Below, piece after piece: positions 52,139-62,417 of a stretch of DNA of 64,000 bases. How positions within the stretch are numbered: position 1 is the first letter of the stretch; every line of letters starts with the position of its first letter. This stretch comes from Chloroflexota bacterium (GTDB lineage Bacteria; Chloroflexota; Anaerolineae; Anaerolineales; Anaerolineaceae), in contig JAAYCN010000030.1 of assembly GCA_012729755.1 (NCBI GenBank), positions 18,738 to 82,737 on the forward strand, given 5' to 3'. Under the pieces are notes generated by a model. It searched no databases. It was not told where the DNA came from and saw only the letters and a list, made by a program, of their open reading frames with translations. A program made the position numbers and the translations under genes.

Positions 52139-53184
52139 AATCCGCCGACTTTATTAAGAACCACAACCAAAGTTCGCCAGATTTCACTCTCAGTCTTTAC
52201 AAAACTGAAGCCGACTTCGCGAAGCTTGCTGAGATCAGCATGGCTCAAGCGACCCTGCCCTGGGCTTTTCCGGGATTAACCACTGAGGAATTTCACCAGA
52301 ATTTCAAAAACCTCATTAATTGTGACCTTACCCGCGACCTTCTGATCGTCGAAGAGGGTAACCATCCTGTGGCTTATTTCCGCGTTTCCTGGCAGGACAC
52401 CGCGGCTGTCCCTGAGCGACTTTTTTTCGTTGGCGGACGCATGAATCCATCAATCTACGGCAAAGGCGTCCACGAACTGATGCTGAACTGGGCTTTCGTC
52501 AGAATCCATGAATTGTCGCTCGAACACCCCACAGATCGCCTCATCATGGTCAACCATCAGGTCAATCAGCGAGATCTCGCACAGCTTGCTGTTGTCAAAT
52601 CAATGGGTTTCACTCCCCGCCATCATTATTTTGAGATGCGGCGGGATCTTGAGAACATCCCCTCATATTCCTTGCCGGAAGGCGTCACGGTGCGGCCGGC
52701 TTTTCAACATGAATACCAACATGTCTTCAATCAGGGAATTGACGCTTTTCGAGACCACTATGGCTTCGCCGAAAGCTGGGCTAATTATCAGGAATGGCTC
52801 GAAGAACCTCAGTTTCAACCCTGGCTCTGGCAGCTCGCCTGGCATGGCAATGAAAATATTGGCCAGGTGCTCAACTACATCGAGCACGGAGAGAATGAAC
52901 GCACCAATCACTTGAGAGGATACACGGAGAATATCAGCGTTATCCGCAAATGGCGCAGCAAAGGGATCGCCAAAGCTTTGGTCTGTCGTTCGATGGAGAT
53001 GTTTAAAGCGCTTGGCATGAAAGAAGTCGTCTTATTCGTGGACGCTTCCAGCCCAACAGGAGCGCTTCATTTATACGAGAATCTGGGTTACCAGGTCTTC
53101 AAAACCATGGTAGATTATGTTAAACCGCTGCAGGACGAACCTTTCACTTCTGAATGTGCGGCCTGTCAACCAGGTACCAAATGA
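52135..53184 (+). CDS. Double-GNAT acetyltransferase, tandem paralogue
   Basis: 349 aa. VIRKWRSKGIAKAL...LHLYENLGY. ATGA overlap with the preceding paralogue. Confidence 0.78.
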   Translation: MKSADFIKNHNQSSPDFTLSLYKTEADFAKLAEISMAQATLPWAFPGLTTEEFHQNFKNLINCDLTRDLLIVEEGNHPVAYFRVSWQDTAAVPERLFFVGGRMNPSIYGKGVHELMLNWAFVRIHELSLEHPTDRLIMVNHQVNQRDLAQLAVVKSMGFTPRHHYFEMRRDLENIPSYSLPEGVTVRPAFQHEYQHVFNQGIDAFRDHYGFAESWANYQEWLEEPQFQPWLWQLAWHGNENIGQVLNYIEHGENERTNHLRGYTENISVIRKWRSKGIAKALVCRSMEMFKALGMKEVVLFVDASSPTGALHLYENLGYQVFKTMVDYVKPLQDEPFTSECAACQPGTK

Positions 53185-53196
53185 ACCGGAGGAAAA

Positions 53197-53526
53197 ATGG
53201 CATTATCAAAGAAAGATCAGGCGAAACTGGAAGAGATGCAGCGCCTCTGCACAGCTGTTGAACAGGATATTATTGAAATCGAAAATTTCCGACAATATTT
53301 TGTTCAGGCGAGTCAACGCCTTGAAAAATTAGCCCGGCTTTATGATCAGGATTGGCTGCGGATTATAGAATCTGAAAAACTCGACGAAGCTGACAGTCAG
53401 GCGATTGAAAAGCTGATAAAAGAAGGCCATTATTCAATTCTCGATCAGGACACCATCTGGAACGTCCTCGCCGACAGCCACGCGTTATATATAACCTTGC
53501 TCAAAGATCTGGCTTTGATCATATAG
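53197..53526 (+). CDS. Small coiled-coil protein (DUF4298-like)
   Basis: 109 aa with GGAGG RBS. ...LYDQDW......E......SILDQDTIWNVL resembles DUF4298 as I recall it. Confidence 0.6.
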   Translation: MALSKKDQAKLEEMQRLCTAVEQDIIEIENFRQYFVQASQRLEKLARLYDQDWLRIIESEKLDEADSQAIEKLIKEGHYSILDQDTIWNVLADSHALYITLLKDLALII

Positions 53527-53562
53527 TTCCTGGACATACATATCACTGATTATAATTAACCC

Positions 53563-55164
53563 ATGCCGAAACCAAATCGAAATGTCGTCTGGACGTTAAT
53601 CGTCCTTTCAGTATTTATCTTTGCCTTGTTTTGCCTGCCGAATTCACAGGCTTCCAAAGATTTTTCAATGCTCACTATCTTTGAGCCAGACGAAGGGGCG
53701 ATTTACACAGTCGTCGACCGCATGACATACCCCCGCGGCACCCTGGCTGAGTCAATCAGACATTTCATCCGTTACGACTTTTATCATTATGGCTTTCCGT
53801 TTTTCGGGTTATGTTCCACCTTTGCTTATCCAATCCGCTGGCTCGGCGCCTTCGATAACACCCCTCTGCTCATGCTCGTCCTGCGTCAGCTAATCAGCGT
53901 TTTGCCAATGATCGGCTCGTTCCTCCTGCTTGTGTATATGCAGGACGGCTTTCGCACCTATCGCTCTGTCCTGCTCTACCTGCTCCTGTGGGTAGTGCCA
54001 GCCAGCGTCAAGAACAGCATGTGGCTTCATCCGGATGGTTTGGCCTTCCTTCTGTCTGTGTTGGTTCTGTTTTGCCTGTGGAAAGACAACCTGCGGTTTA
54101 AGCGCCACTTCTATTGGGCTGCTGCCGTTTGTGGCGTGCTCATTGCCACCAAGCTGATCGGTCTTTTCTTCTTCTTGACCATCCTCACCCTGCTCATTTG
54201 GGGTATCCGCGACAAAACACTCACCACCAAACAGGCCATCAACACGGGATTGCGTTTCATCCTGGTCATGGGCCTCGCCTTCATTCTGGCCAATCCGTTT
54301 GTCTTCCACTTTAAGGCGCTCAAGACCTATGTCTTCACTTTCTACAAAGAGACCTTCGAAGTCTCCAAAGGCTATGCGCTTATTTATCCAGTTGGCATCA
54401 AGCACGCTTGGCCAGAGATGCGAGAATCGTACGGAGAGAGTTTTTTTCTGCTCCTGTCAGTGATCACAAGTGTCATTTCACTTAAACTGCGCAGGGACAA
54501 ACTGCTCCCTGCCCTCACCATCACATGGTTCATACCGTTGACTTTTCTCTTCTTCACCACCACTCATTTTAAATATCAATATTGGCTTCCGGCAGTCATG
54601 CCATTGCTCTCAAATCTGATTGTTATCTTCCCCATTCCGCCGCTCAAACAGCCTCGCCCGCTCCTGCAGCGCGTTCTGGTCCCTCTCGCAGTTGGTCTGC
54701 TTGTTTTACAGGCTTTTCTCTTTATCAAGCAGGACGTCCAGATGATCTCAGACCAAACCAACCGAGCCCAAAACAATCCCGCGCTCGAATTCGATCGACT
54801 TGCCAAAGCAAAATTGGCGCCACTCGATGGTCAATACCTGCGCGTCTACCATGACTACCGCATGTATGTGCCCTACTATCAGGGCTGGCTGTTAACCACC
54901 TCTTTTGACATGCTCAACAATAGATTTATCGAAGAAGGCAATTTCGACGTCATCATGCTGCAACACCAGCGCATCCGCGATTACCTCAACCCAAACGTGA
55001 CAGCCATCAATCAAGCCGAACTGGACACCGCACGTGAGTTTTACCGTCCCGCTGATCAGGGCATCATTCCAGGCTACCAATTGCTCTTCGAAAATGACTT
55101 TGGCAAGCTCTTCGTCCGCGACGCCCTCTGCGGCCAATTCCCCGGCGGCCACTGCTCCCAATAA
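53563..55164 (+). CDS. Large polytopic membrane protein, possibly a GT-C/ArnT-like glycosyltransferase
   Basis: 533 aa with about 11-12 TM segments and a C-terminal soluble domain. The function is inferred from architecture only. Confidence 0.55.
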   Translation: MPKPNRNVVWTLIVLSVFIFALFCLPNSQASKDFSMLTIFEPDEGAIYTVVDRMTYPRGTLAESIRHFIRYDFYHYGFPFFGLCSTFAYPIRWLGAFDNTPLLMLVLRQLISVLPMIGSFLLLVYMQDGFRTYRSVLLYLLLWVVPASVKNSMWLHPDGLAFLLSVLVLFCLWKDNLRFKRHFYWAAAVCGVLIATKLIGLFFFLTILTLLIWGIRDKTLTTKQAINTGLRFILVMGLAFILANPFVFHFKALKTYVFTFYKETFEVSKGYALIYPVGIKHAWPEMRESYGESFFLLLSVITSVISLKLRRDKLLPALTITWFIPLTFLFFTTTHFKYQYWLPAVMPLLSNLIVIFPIPPLKQPRPLLQRVLVPLAVGLLVLQAFLFIKQDVQMISDQTNRAQNNPALEFDRLAKAKLAPLDGQYLRVYHDYRMYVPYYQGWLLTTSFDMLNNRFIEEGNFDVIMLQHQRIRDYLNPNVTAINQAELDTAREFYRPADQGIIPGYQLLFENDFGKLFVRDALCGQFPGGHCSQ

Positions 55165-55290
55165 GCTCAGATTCTAAGAACAACGCTCTTATTTCCTGTT
55201 TATATCACTTTTATTTTCTGTTGACATTGACAATACACGTTTGTGATGATATACTCATATTTGTGAATTTGAGTTTCCATAGGAATACAA

Positions 55291-56247
55291 ATGGCAAATG
55301 AAAAAATCTCTCCAAGTCGCCTAAATCTTCTCGCAGATGTTGCCGAAATGTACTATCTCGATGGCATGGATCAGTCAGACATTGCTCAGAGAGTCGGTGT
55401 ATCACGTTCAATGGTCTCCAGAATGCTCACCGAAGCCAGAATTCGGGGAATTGTCGAGACAAAAATTATCAGACAGGTCATCTCTAACCCTGAATTGGAA
55501 CGCGCCATTAAAGAGAAGTTTGATATAGAATATGTGAAAGTTGTTTCAATAGAAGAATCAAAGTCAGAAAAACTTCTCGAACTTCTTGGAATAGCAGCGG
55601 CAGAAATCCTAAATAAACACCTGAAAGAACATATGGCAATAGGTGTTGCATGGGGAACAGCTGTAAGCGCAGTAGTTCAAGCCTTTCCCCCTTCCGTGTA
55701 TCCATCCATTAAAATCGTACAACTCGTTGGAGCTCAAGGCGCAAGAAATATAGACTATGACGGGCATATGATCGTCAAGCAATTTGCTGAAAAAGTCGGC
55801 GGCGAAGGTTACTACATTAATGCGCCCTACCTCTGTCAAAGTCCGGAAATAGCTCAATCATTGCGGGAAACTAAGGGGATTAAAGAAACGATAGATATGG
55901 GAAAAGCCGTTGATGCCGCCTTGCTTGGCATTGGCACAACCCAACAAGAGTATTCAAGCTTCTACCTGTCAGGCCTTCTGTCAGAGGAAGAAATTGCCAT
56001 AATGCGGCAGAATGGGGTCGTCGGCGATATTGCCAGCAACTATTTTCGGATCGATGGCACACCCTACAACGATGAGATCCTTGACCGCATAATCAGCATC
56101 AGGTTGGAAGATCTAAAACGCATACCTATGCGGCTTGGCATTGCGGGCGGTTCAGCAAAAATTAATGCAATTATTGGCGCGTTGAATTCTAAGTTAATCA
56201 ATTATTTAGTCACAGATAGTCTGACCGCACGGGCAATAGTAAACTGA
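55291..56247 (+). CDS. SorC/DeoR(Bsu)-family sugar-binding transcriptional regulator
   Basis: LLADVAEMYYLDGMDQSDIAQRVGVSRSMVSRMLTEAR HTH, followed by a sugar-phosphate-binding domain (GVAWG.....V). Confidence 0.88.
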   Translation: MANEKISPSRLNLLADVAEMYYLDGMDQSDIAQRVGVSRSMVSRMLTEARIRGIVETKIIRQVISNPELERAIKEKFDIEYVKVVSIEESKSEKLLELLGIAAAEILNKHLKEHMAIGVAWGTAVSAVVQAFPPSVYPSIKIVQLVGAQGARNIDYDGHMIVKQFAEKVGGEGYYINAPYLCQSPEIAQSLRETKGIKETIDMGKAVDAALLGIGTTQQEYSSFYLSGLLSEEEIAIMRQNGVVGDIASNYFRIDGTPYNDEILDRIISIRLEDLKRIPMRLGIAGGSAKINAIIGALNSKLINYLVTDSLTARAIVN

Positions 56248-56281
56248 CCAGCGAACAGATAAATTATTGAATAGAGGTTAT

Positions 56282-57292
56282 ATGGAGACTGAGAAAAACC
56301 AAGAACCGTTTCTGAACAGGGCCGAAAGATTAAAGCTTTCAAAGGATGAACTGCGTGAGATGTATAAGACGTTATGCACAATCAGGCAATTCGAGTTGAT
56401 GGCCGATAAGCTTTACGCCCTTGGCAAGGTCCATGGCACTATGCATTTGTCAGCTGGACAGGAGGCCGTTGCTGTCGGCATTCGGCATGCCACCCGACTC
56501 GATGATTACTTGATTAATCACCATCGGGGTCATGGACATTTCATCTCCAAGAATGCGGACATTAATCTCATGATGGCTGAGTTCTTAGGCAAAGAAGCAG
56601 GATACTGCAAAGGGCGCGGTGGCTCGATGCATATCGCTGACTTCTCCTCAAACAACCTTGGGGCGAATGGAATTGTAGGTGGAGGAATCCCCCATTCGCT
56701 TGGTGTAGGCTTAGCACTTCAGATGCAGAAACGCGACCAGATTTGCATTGCAATCTTTGGTGATGGGGCTTCGAACGAAGGGGTTTTTCACGAAACACTG
56801 AACATGGCTGGCCTGTGGAAGCTTCCCATTCTGTTTGTTTGTGAGAACAACAAATATGGCATGTCAATGGCCGTTGAAAGAGTTTCAGCGAAACTGCCAA
56901 TAGCCCAGCGGGCAGAAGCCTATGATATCCCATGGCATTACATTGACGGAAACGATCTATTGACCGTCATTGAGACCGTAGGATCTGCTGCGGACTATAT
57001 CCGTTCGGGAAATGGTCCAGTCTTTGTGGAGGCTCAAACCTACAGATATTTTGGTCATTCGAAAAGCGATCGAAACCTTTATCGCTCTAAGGATGAAATA
57101 GAAACTTGGAGGTTAACCAAAGACCCAATTCTCCGTTTTAAGAACAATTTATTGGAGAATGAGGTTTTCAAAGCCGAAGAATTAGTTGTTTGTGAAGAAG
57201 AAGCAGTAAAAATCATTGAATCAGCTGTTGAGTTCGCTGAAGCCTCAGCTGATCCAGATGCCGCAACAGTAACGGAGTATGTATATGCCTGA
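56282..57292 (+). CDS. TPP-dependent 2-oxoacid/acetoin dehydrogenase E1 alpha subunit
   Basis: [15 protein letters not shown], and the GDGASNEG....LN.A.LWKLP..FVCENN TPP motif. Confidence 0.9.
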   Translation: METEKNQEPFLNRAERLKLSKDELREMYKTLCTIRQFELMADKLYALGKVHGTMHLSAGQEAVAVGIRHATRLDDYLINHHRGHGHFISKNADINLMMAEFLGKEAGYCKGRGGSMHIADFSSNNLGANGIVGGGIPHSLGVGLALQMQKRDQICIAIFGDGASNEGVFHETLNMAGLWKLPILFVCENNKYGMSMAVERVSAKLPIAQRAEAYDIPWHYIDGNDLLTVIETVGSAADYIRSGNGPVFVEAQTYRYFGHSKSDRNLYRSKDEIETWRLTKDPILRFKNNLLENEVFKAEELVVCEEEAVKIIESAVEFAEASADPDAATVTEYVYA

Positions 57293-58271
57293 AATAACTT
57301 ATGCTGAAGCAATCCGATCCGCTTTATGGGAAGAGATGAAGCGGGACGAAAGAGTTTTTATTATTGGTGAAGATATTGGTCGATACGGAGGAGCATTCGG
57401 TGTAACTACAGGGATGCTCGATGAATTTGGAGACAAACGCATTATCGAGACTCCCATCTCCGAGCCTTCAATTATCGGTGCCGCAGTAGGTGCCGCGCTT
57501 CTGGGCATGCGTCCCGTGGCCGAGATTATGTTCATGGACTTCGTACTCCTCTCCCTCGACCAAATAGGTAATCAGGCTGCTAAAATGCACTATATGTTCG
57601 GCGGTAAGGCAACCGTACCATTGGTCGTACGCATGCCAAGCGGTTCTGGTACAGGTGCTGCCGCTCAACATTCCCAATCCTTGGAAACACTGCTTATGCA
57701 CCTGCCAGGCTTAAAGGTAGTTACGCCATCAACTCCATATGAAGCAAAAGGTTTGCTCCGCACAGCTATACATGATCTCAACCCAGTCTGTTTCATTGAG
57801 CACAAATTGCTTTACAAGACAAAGGGTGAAGTTCCTGAGGGAGACTACCAAATACCATTTGGCGTCGCAGATATCAAACGTGCTGGTAAAGACTTAACCA
57901 TTGTGGCAAATGGTATTATGGTTCACAAAGCCCTGGCTGTCGCCAATCGATTGGCCGACGAAGGGATAGATGTTGAAATCATTGACCCGCGCACGTTGGT
58001 TCCACTTGACACCGAGGCAATCATTAACTCTGTCTCAAAGACAGGCAAATTATTGATCGTACACGAAGCTTGCGAGACAGCGGGCTGGGCTGGTGAAATA
58101 ATGGCCGTTGTTTCTTCAAGCAGAGCTTTTGATTACCTTGATGCTCCAATGAGACGGCTAACTGGCAAAAATGTTCCCATTCCTTACAATCGCGTTCTTG
58201 AACGAGCCGCGGTACCTCAGGAAGAAGATATAGAGCGTGAAATTCGCGCCATTGTCAAAGGAGTTTACTAA
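57285..58271 (+). CDS. 2-oxoacid/acetoin dehydrogenase E1 beta subunit
   Basis: [28 protein letters not shown] and R..DTPISE-like motifs. Overlaps the E1 alpha stop. Confidence 0.9.
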   Translation: MPEITYAEAIRSALWEEMKRDERVFIIGEDIGRYGGAFGVTTGMLDEFGDKRIIETPISEPSIIGAAVGAALLGMRPVAEIMFMDFVLLSLDQIGNQAAKMHYMFGGKATVPLVVRMPSGSGTGAAAQHSQSLETLLMHLPGLKVVTPSTPYEAKGLLRTAIHDLNPVCFIEHKLLYKTKGEVPEGDYQIPFGVADIKRAGKDLTIVANGIMVHKALAVANRLADEGIDVEIIDPRTLVPLDTEAIINSVSKTGKLLIVHEACETAGWAGEIMAVVSSSRAFDYLDAPMRRLTGKNVPIPYNRVLERAAVPQEEDIEREIRAIVKGVY

Positions 58272-58272
58272 A

Positions 58273-59610
58273 ATGCCAGTGCCCGTGATTATGCCGAAGG
58301 TAGATATGGACCAGGAAAAAGCAACTATTATTTCCTGGGAAAAAGCGGAAGGCGATGAGGTCAAATATGATGAAACTTTGTTGACAGTTGAAACCGAGAA
58401 AGTTTCCATCGATGTCAACTCCCCGGCCGATGGCATCCTCGCTGGGATCCTTTTCGAAAATGGTGCAGTCGTTCCTGTCGCGACAGTGATTGCCTACATT
58501 TTAAAACCTGGAGAAAAGCTTGATGCTCCCGGACATTCAGCACACAAGAATGCAAGCAGTCCATCATCGAACACCGACAAGCCTGAAGTTTTGCCAGAAA
58601 AAAGCGAATGTCAAGCCACCCCTGTCGCCCAACGCATTGCAAAAGAATTAAATATCAACCTAAGCGACGTACCCACCAAAAATCGCATCATCAACCGGGA
58701 AGATGTAGAAGCTTATGCTGCGTCACTGAGTGAAGAGGCCAACATTCCTGATCAGAAATCTGACAAGATTGCTGCCACCCCAGCGGCGAGAAGGGTCGCC
58801 AAAGAAAAAGGAATCTCACTGAGTTCTCTTCAGGGAAGTGGCCCTCATGGCAGAATCCAGGAGAAAGACGTAAAACTTACTATCCCTGATCAAAAACCAA
58901 CCATAGCCACCCGTGATGCTGTGATAGTACCTATGTCCAGCAAGCGAGCCTACATTGCTCAAAAAATGCAGTCAAGCTTCCAAATCGCGCCCCATATCGC
59001 TGAGACGATTGATGCCGATGTCAGCCAACTCGAAGCCATGAGAAGCAGATTAAATGCAAACATTGATCCATCAGGCAAAGACAAAGTTACCTTCACTGCC
59101 ATAATGGTAAAACTCGTAGCTTGGGCGCTCAAACAAAACCCTTACCTTAATTCGTCCCTTATTGAAGATCAAATTCATCTCTGGAAGGAGATAAATATTG
59201 GCGTAGCTACTGCTCTTGAAGATGGCCTGATCGTCCCAGTCATTAGCGATGCGGATAAACTCTCTTTCAAGGAGATCGCCTATCAACTCAATGATCTCAC
59301 CCAGAGAGCTAAGCTGGGCAAAATTGGGTTGAGCGAGGTCCAGCGGGGAACATTCACAATTTCGAATTTAGGAATGTATGGTATTACTCAATTTAGAGCA
59401 ATCATTAATCCTCCCGAAGTCGGAATCCTGGCGGTTAGTTCGGTTGTACGCAAGCCAATAGTAATTGACCACCGTGACACAATCGCTGTTCGCCCAATCC
59501 TCAACCTGACATTGAGCGCGGATCATCGCGTAATTGACGGTGTTGTTGCCGCCAAATTCCTTGCGAATCTGGCCAGTGTCATCGAACATCCCGAAATACT
59601 GTACGAATAA
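58273..59610 (+). CDS. Dihydrolipoamide acyltransferase E2 (lipoyl, PSBD and catalytic domains)
   Basis: Lipoyl motif LLTVETEKVSIDVNSPADG, a PSBD-like ATPAARRVAKEKGISL, and the catalytic LSADHRVIDG. Confidence 0.9.
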   Translation: MPVPVIMPKVDMDQEKATIISWEKAEGDEVKYDETLLTVETEKVSIDVNSPADGILAGILFENGAVVPVATVIAYILKPGEKLDAPGHSAHKNASSPSSNTDKPEVLPEKSECQATPVAQRIAKELNINLSDVPTKNRIINREDVEAYAASLSEEANIPDQKSDKIAATPAARRVAKEKGISLSSLQGSGPHGRIQEKDVKLTIPDQKPTIATRDAVIVPMSSKRAYIAQKMQSSFQIAPHIAETIDADVSQLEAMRSRLNANIDPSGKDKVTFTAIMVKLVAWALKQNPYLNSSLIEDQIHLWKEINIGVATALEDGLIVPVISDADKLSFKEIAYQLNDLTQRAKLGKIGLSEVQRGTFTISNLGMYGITQFRAIINPPEVGILAVSSVVRKPIVIDHRDTIAVRPILNLTLSADHRVIDGVVAAKFLANLASVIEHPEILYE

Positions 59611-59624
59611 GCTGAAAAGAAGTA

Positions 59625-59668
59625 AAAACGCCCCTGTTGATTATTAAACAGGGGCGTTTTCTGTTTTT
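59625..59668. terminator. Bidirectional intrinsic terminator
   Basis: aacgcccctgtt-gattatta-aacaggggcgtt flanked by aaaa and tttctgttttt, between convergent genes. Confidence 0.85.
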
Positions 59669-59677
59669 AACTATTTT

Positions 59678-61231
59678 TTAAAGACGGTATCGGTCATACA
59701 GTTTGTGATTCACATTCTGTAAAGCTGGATACAGGTCCTGATAAAGCTCAAAGAGATCCCCATATTTTTGGGTTAAATTGAGATCTGGGTAGAAAGTTTT
59801 CCCAGGTTTTATGACTCGTTTAACAGCTTCTTCAAGCGTCCTATAAACTCCCACGCCAACGCCGGCCAGAATAGCTGCGCCTAAGGCTGTTGCGTCTTCA
59901 ATTTTTAAAGTAGCAACAGGTCGACCAGACACATCAGCTTTATTTTGCATCCAAAACTCATTGCGAGTGCCGCCACCAATAGCTGTGATAGTATCCGCTT
60001 TCAAACCTGAGCCCAATTCAACAGCTTTCAACATGTCCAGAAACGCGAAGTCAAGGCCCTCGATCACTGCCCTGATTAAATCAGCCTTCTTTGTGGTGTC
60101 ATTCAACCCGATAAACGCCCCAAGAGAGCGTGGGTCAAGAATCGGACTGGCTGCGCCATTAAAGTGTGGCAGGAACATTACGCCATTAGCACCAGGTGAA
60201 GATTTTGAGGCTTCTTCCATTAAGATTGACCAAACATTTCTACGGCTATCCTGTGCTTTAATCTGCGCGTCTTCACCCATTTGATCTTTATACCATTCGA
60301 GCATACTCGCCGCAGTGCCCCCTGCCCACATACAATACATGCCAGGGGCAGCATGAGATTCAACAGTCAAGCCCAATTCTCGAACCTTCGCATCCCAATG
60401 AGGAGTTGTGGTAGGCGTGATCACCAGTTCCCAAGTGCCGGTCACATCAAGAAACATTCCAGGGCTGATAGCCCCAGCCGCCACTGTACCCACCAGATAA
60501 TCATGTCCTCCTTGAAAAATGGGAGTGCCTTGGGGCAAGCCAGTTCTTTCGGCCGCTTCCCTGGTTACCTCACCGATAAATCTTCCACAAGGTTGAGGGG
60601 TTGGCAAGAGGTCCTTTTCAATCCCTGACAGATTCAACAACTCATCGGACCATGTTAATGAACTTTGATCAAACAATAAAGTTGGTGATGCGTCAGTAAA
60701 ATCAGTGGAATACTTTCCAGTTAATTTATAGTTTACATAGTCTTCGATGATCAGCCATTGTTCAACCTGACGATACAGTTCTGGTTCATTTTCCTGAAGC
60801 CATTGAAAGCGAAACACAGTACTCCAGACAAAAGGTTGCCAGCCAGTGATACTAAACGTCTTATCAAGTCCAACATTCTCCATCCAACGCTCATATTGAG
60901 CGTTTGTTCGAGTGCAAAGCCAATTAATAAATGGATAGACAGGCTCTCCTTTGCCATTCAAAGGAACCGCGTCTGCGCCTAAGCCAGTAACTGCTGCCGC
61001 AATGATGCGGTCATTTTGGTTAATCTGACTAACGGCTTGCTTTATGGCGTCCGAAATACCATCCCATATATGCTCCGGATAATAAACTTGCCAATTTGGG
61101 AACTTAGGATCCTGAGCGACACTTTCTGTCGGATAGCTCCCGCTGGAAACCAAGTTTCCGTCCAGGTCAAAAAGCAGAGCCTTCATACTGGTTGAGCCTA
61201 CATCGATACCAAGCAGGTAATCCATGCTCAC
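59678..61231 (-). CDS. FGGY-family carbohydrate kinase (xylulokinase/ribulokinase-like)
   Basis: LLGIDVGSTSMKALLFD N-terminus, and GGGTRNEFWMQNKADV in the C-terminal domain. Confidence 0.88.
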   Translation of the reverse strand: MSMDYLLGIDVGSTSMKALLFDLDGNLVSSGSYPTESVAQDPKFPNWQVYYPEHIWDGISDAIKQAVSQINQNDRIIAAAVTGLGADAVPLNGKGEPVYPFINWLCTRTNAQYERWMENVGLDKTFSITGWQPFVWSTVFRFQWLQENEPELYRQVEQWLIIEDYVNYKLTGKYSTDFTDASPTLLFDQSSLTWSDELLNLSGIEKDLLPTPQPCGRFIGEVTREAAERTGLPQGTPIFQGGHDYLVGTVAAGAISPGMFLDVTGTWELVITPTTTPHWDAKVRELGLTVESHAAPGMYCMWAGGTAASMLEWYKDQMGEDAQIKAQDSRRNVWSILMEEASKSSPGANGVMFLPHFNGAASPILDPRSLGAFIGLNDTTKKADLIRAVIEGLDFAFLDMLKAVELGSGLKADTITAIGGGTRNEFWMQNKADVSGRPVATLKIEDATALGAAILAGVGVGVYRTLEEAVKRVIKPGKTFYPDLNLTQKYGDLFELYQDLYPALQNVNHKLYDRYRL

Positions 61232-61318
61232 CCTCCTTTATTTCTCATTGTCTAAACTATGTGGCAAAACTAACTTTCACGCCATAAGCCTGTTATTCTC
61301 AAACCATAAGAATGGCGA

Positions 61319-62296
61319 TTATTTTTCTGCCACGAATGAATTTAATTCATCGACTTCTTCGTTTGATAATCTAAAAGTTGCCGCTGGGAAGACACCATCA
61401 ACCTGACTGGGCCGGCGCATACCAACGATCGCTCCTGTAACCGCAGGATTCGCCAAAGTCCAGGCGATCGCCACTACGCCCGGCTGAACGCCATGTTGAT
61501 TACCGAGTTCTGTCAATCTGTTGACCAATTTCAGGTTTTCTTCCAAACGTGGGGACTGGAATTCCGGATCATGTTGTCGCCAATCATCAGGGGGCATATT
61601 CTTGATCCGTTCTGCCGTCATCTTCCCTGTGAGCAATCCGGAATACATCGGTGAATAAACAATCACACCGATATTATGTTCCTTACAATAAGGCAGGATT
61701 TCTTTTGCTGCGTTTGGTCGGATCAACGAATAAGGAGGTTGAAGTGTGTTGACAGGGGCAATCTTACGTATCCGATCCATCTGGACAACACTAAAATTTG
61801 ACACCCCAATCCAACGAACTTTTCCTTCCTTTTGCAATTCAGCCATGGTCGACCAGCCCTCTTCCAGGTCTTCATCAGGTCTTGGCCAGTGAATCTGATA
61901 AAGGTCAATTTGCTCTAACTTAAGTCGCCTTAGACTATTCTCGCATTCCTTGCGGATTGAGTCGCGTTTGAGCGAATCAATAATTTCGCCACGTGAATTC
62001 CAGGTCAATGAGCATTTCGTAAACACATAAGGTCTATCCTTCATTCCAAAGAGAGTTTTTCCTACAACTTCCTCAGAATGTCCCAGACCATATCCCGCAG
62101 CAGTATCAATCCAGTTAACACCCAAATCTAATGCGTGGTGTATGGCAGCGGCTGATTCCTGATCATCTTGAGGACCCCAGCTATACACCCAATTACCACC
62201 GCCAAGCGCCCACGCGCCAAAACCAATGGGCGTGATTTCCATGTCAGTGTTTCCAAATTTTCTTTTTACCAACTTACTGTCTTGAGTCAACATCAT
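61319..62296 (-). CDS. Aldo/keto reductase
   Basis: GFGAWALGG, IDTAAGYG.G.SEE..G, and L..E.IDLYQIHWP motifs. Confidence 0.9.
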   Translation of the reverse strand: MMLTQDSKLVKRKFGNTDMEITPIGFGAWALGGGNWVYSWGPQDDQESAAAIHHALDLGVNWIDTAAGYGLGHSEEVVGKTLFGMKDRPYVFTKCSLTWNSRGEIIDSLKRDSIRKECENSLRRLKLEQIDLYQIHWPRPDEDLEEGWSTMAELQKEGKVRWIGVSNFSVVQMDRIRKIAPVNTLQPPYSLIRPNAAKEILPYCKEHNIGVIVYSPMYSGLLTGKMTAERIKNMPPDDWRQHDPEFQSPRLEENLKLVNRLTELGNQHGVQPGVVAIAWTLANPAVTGAIVGMRRPSQVDGVFPAATFRLSNEEVDELNSFVAEK

Positions 62297-62356
62297 AACC
62301 TCCTAATTAGCCTGAACAACAGACTGCTCTAAAAGTTTCTTGGATGCCGGATGATT

Positions 62357-62393
62357 GAAAATAGAGGCGGAAGCAATTCACGTCCGCCTCTAT
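62357..62393 (-). terminator. Intrinsic terminator after the sugar-binding protein gene
   Basis: atagaggcgga / tccgcctctat stem. The minus strand continues with ttttcaat. Confidence 0.7.
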
Positions 62394-62417
62394 TATAGTC
62401 TCTAAATGCCTGCTCGA

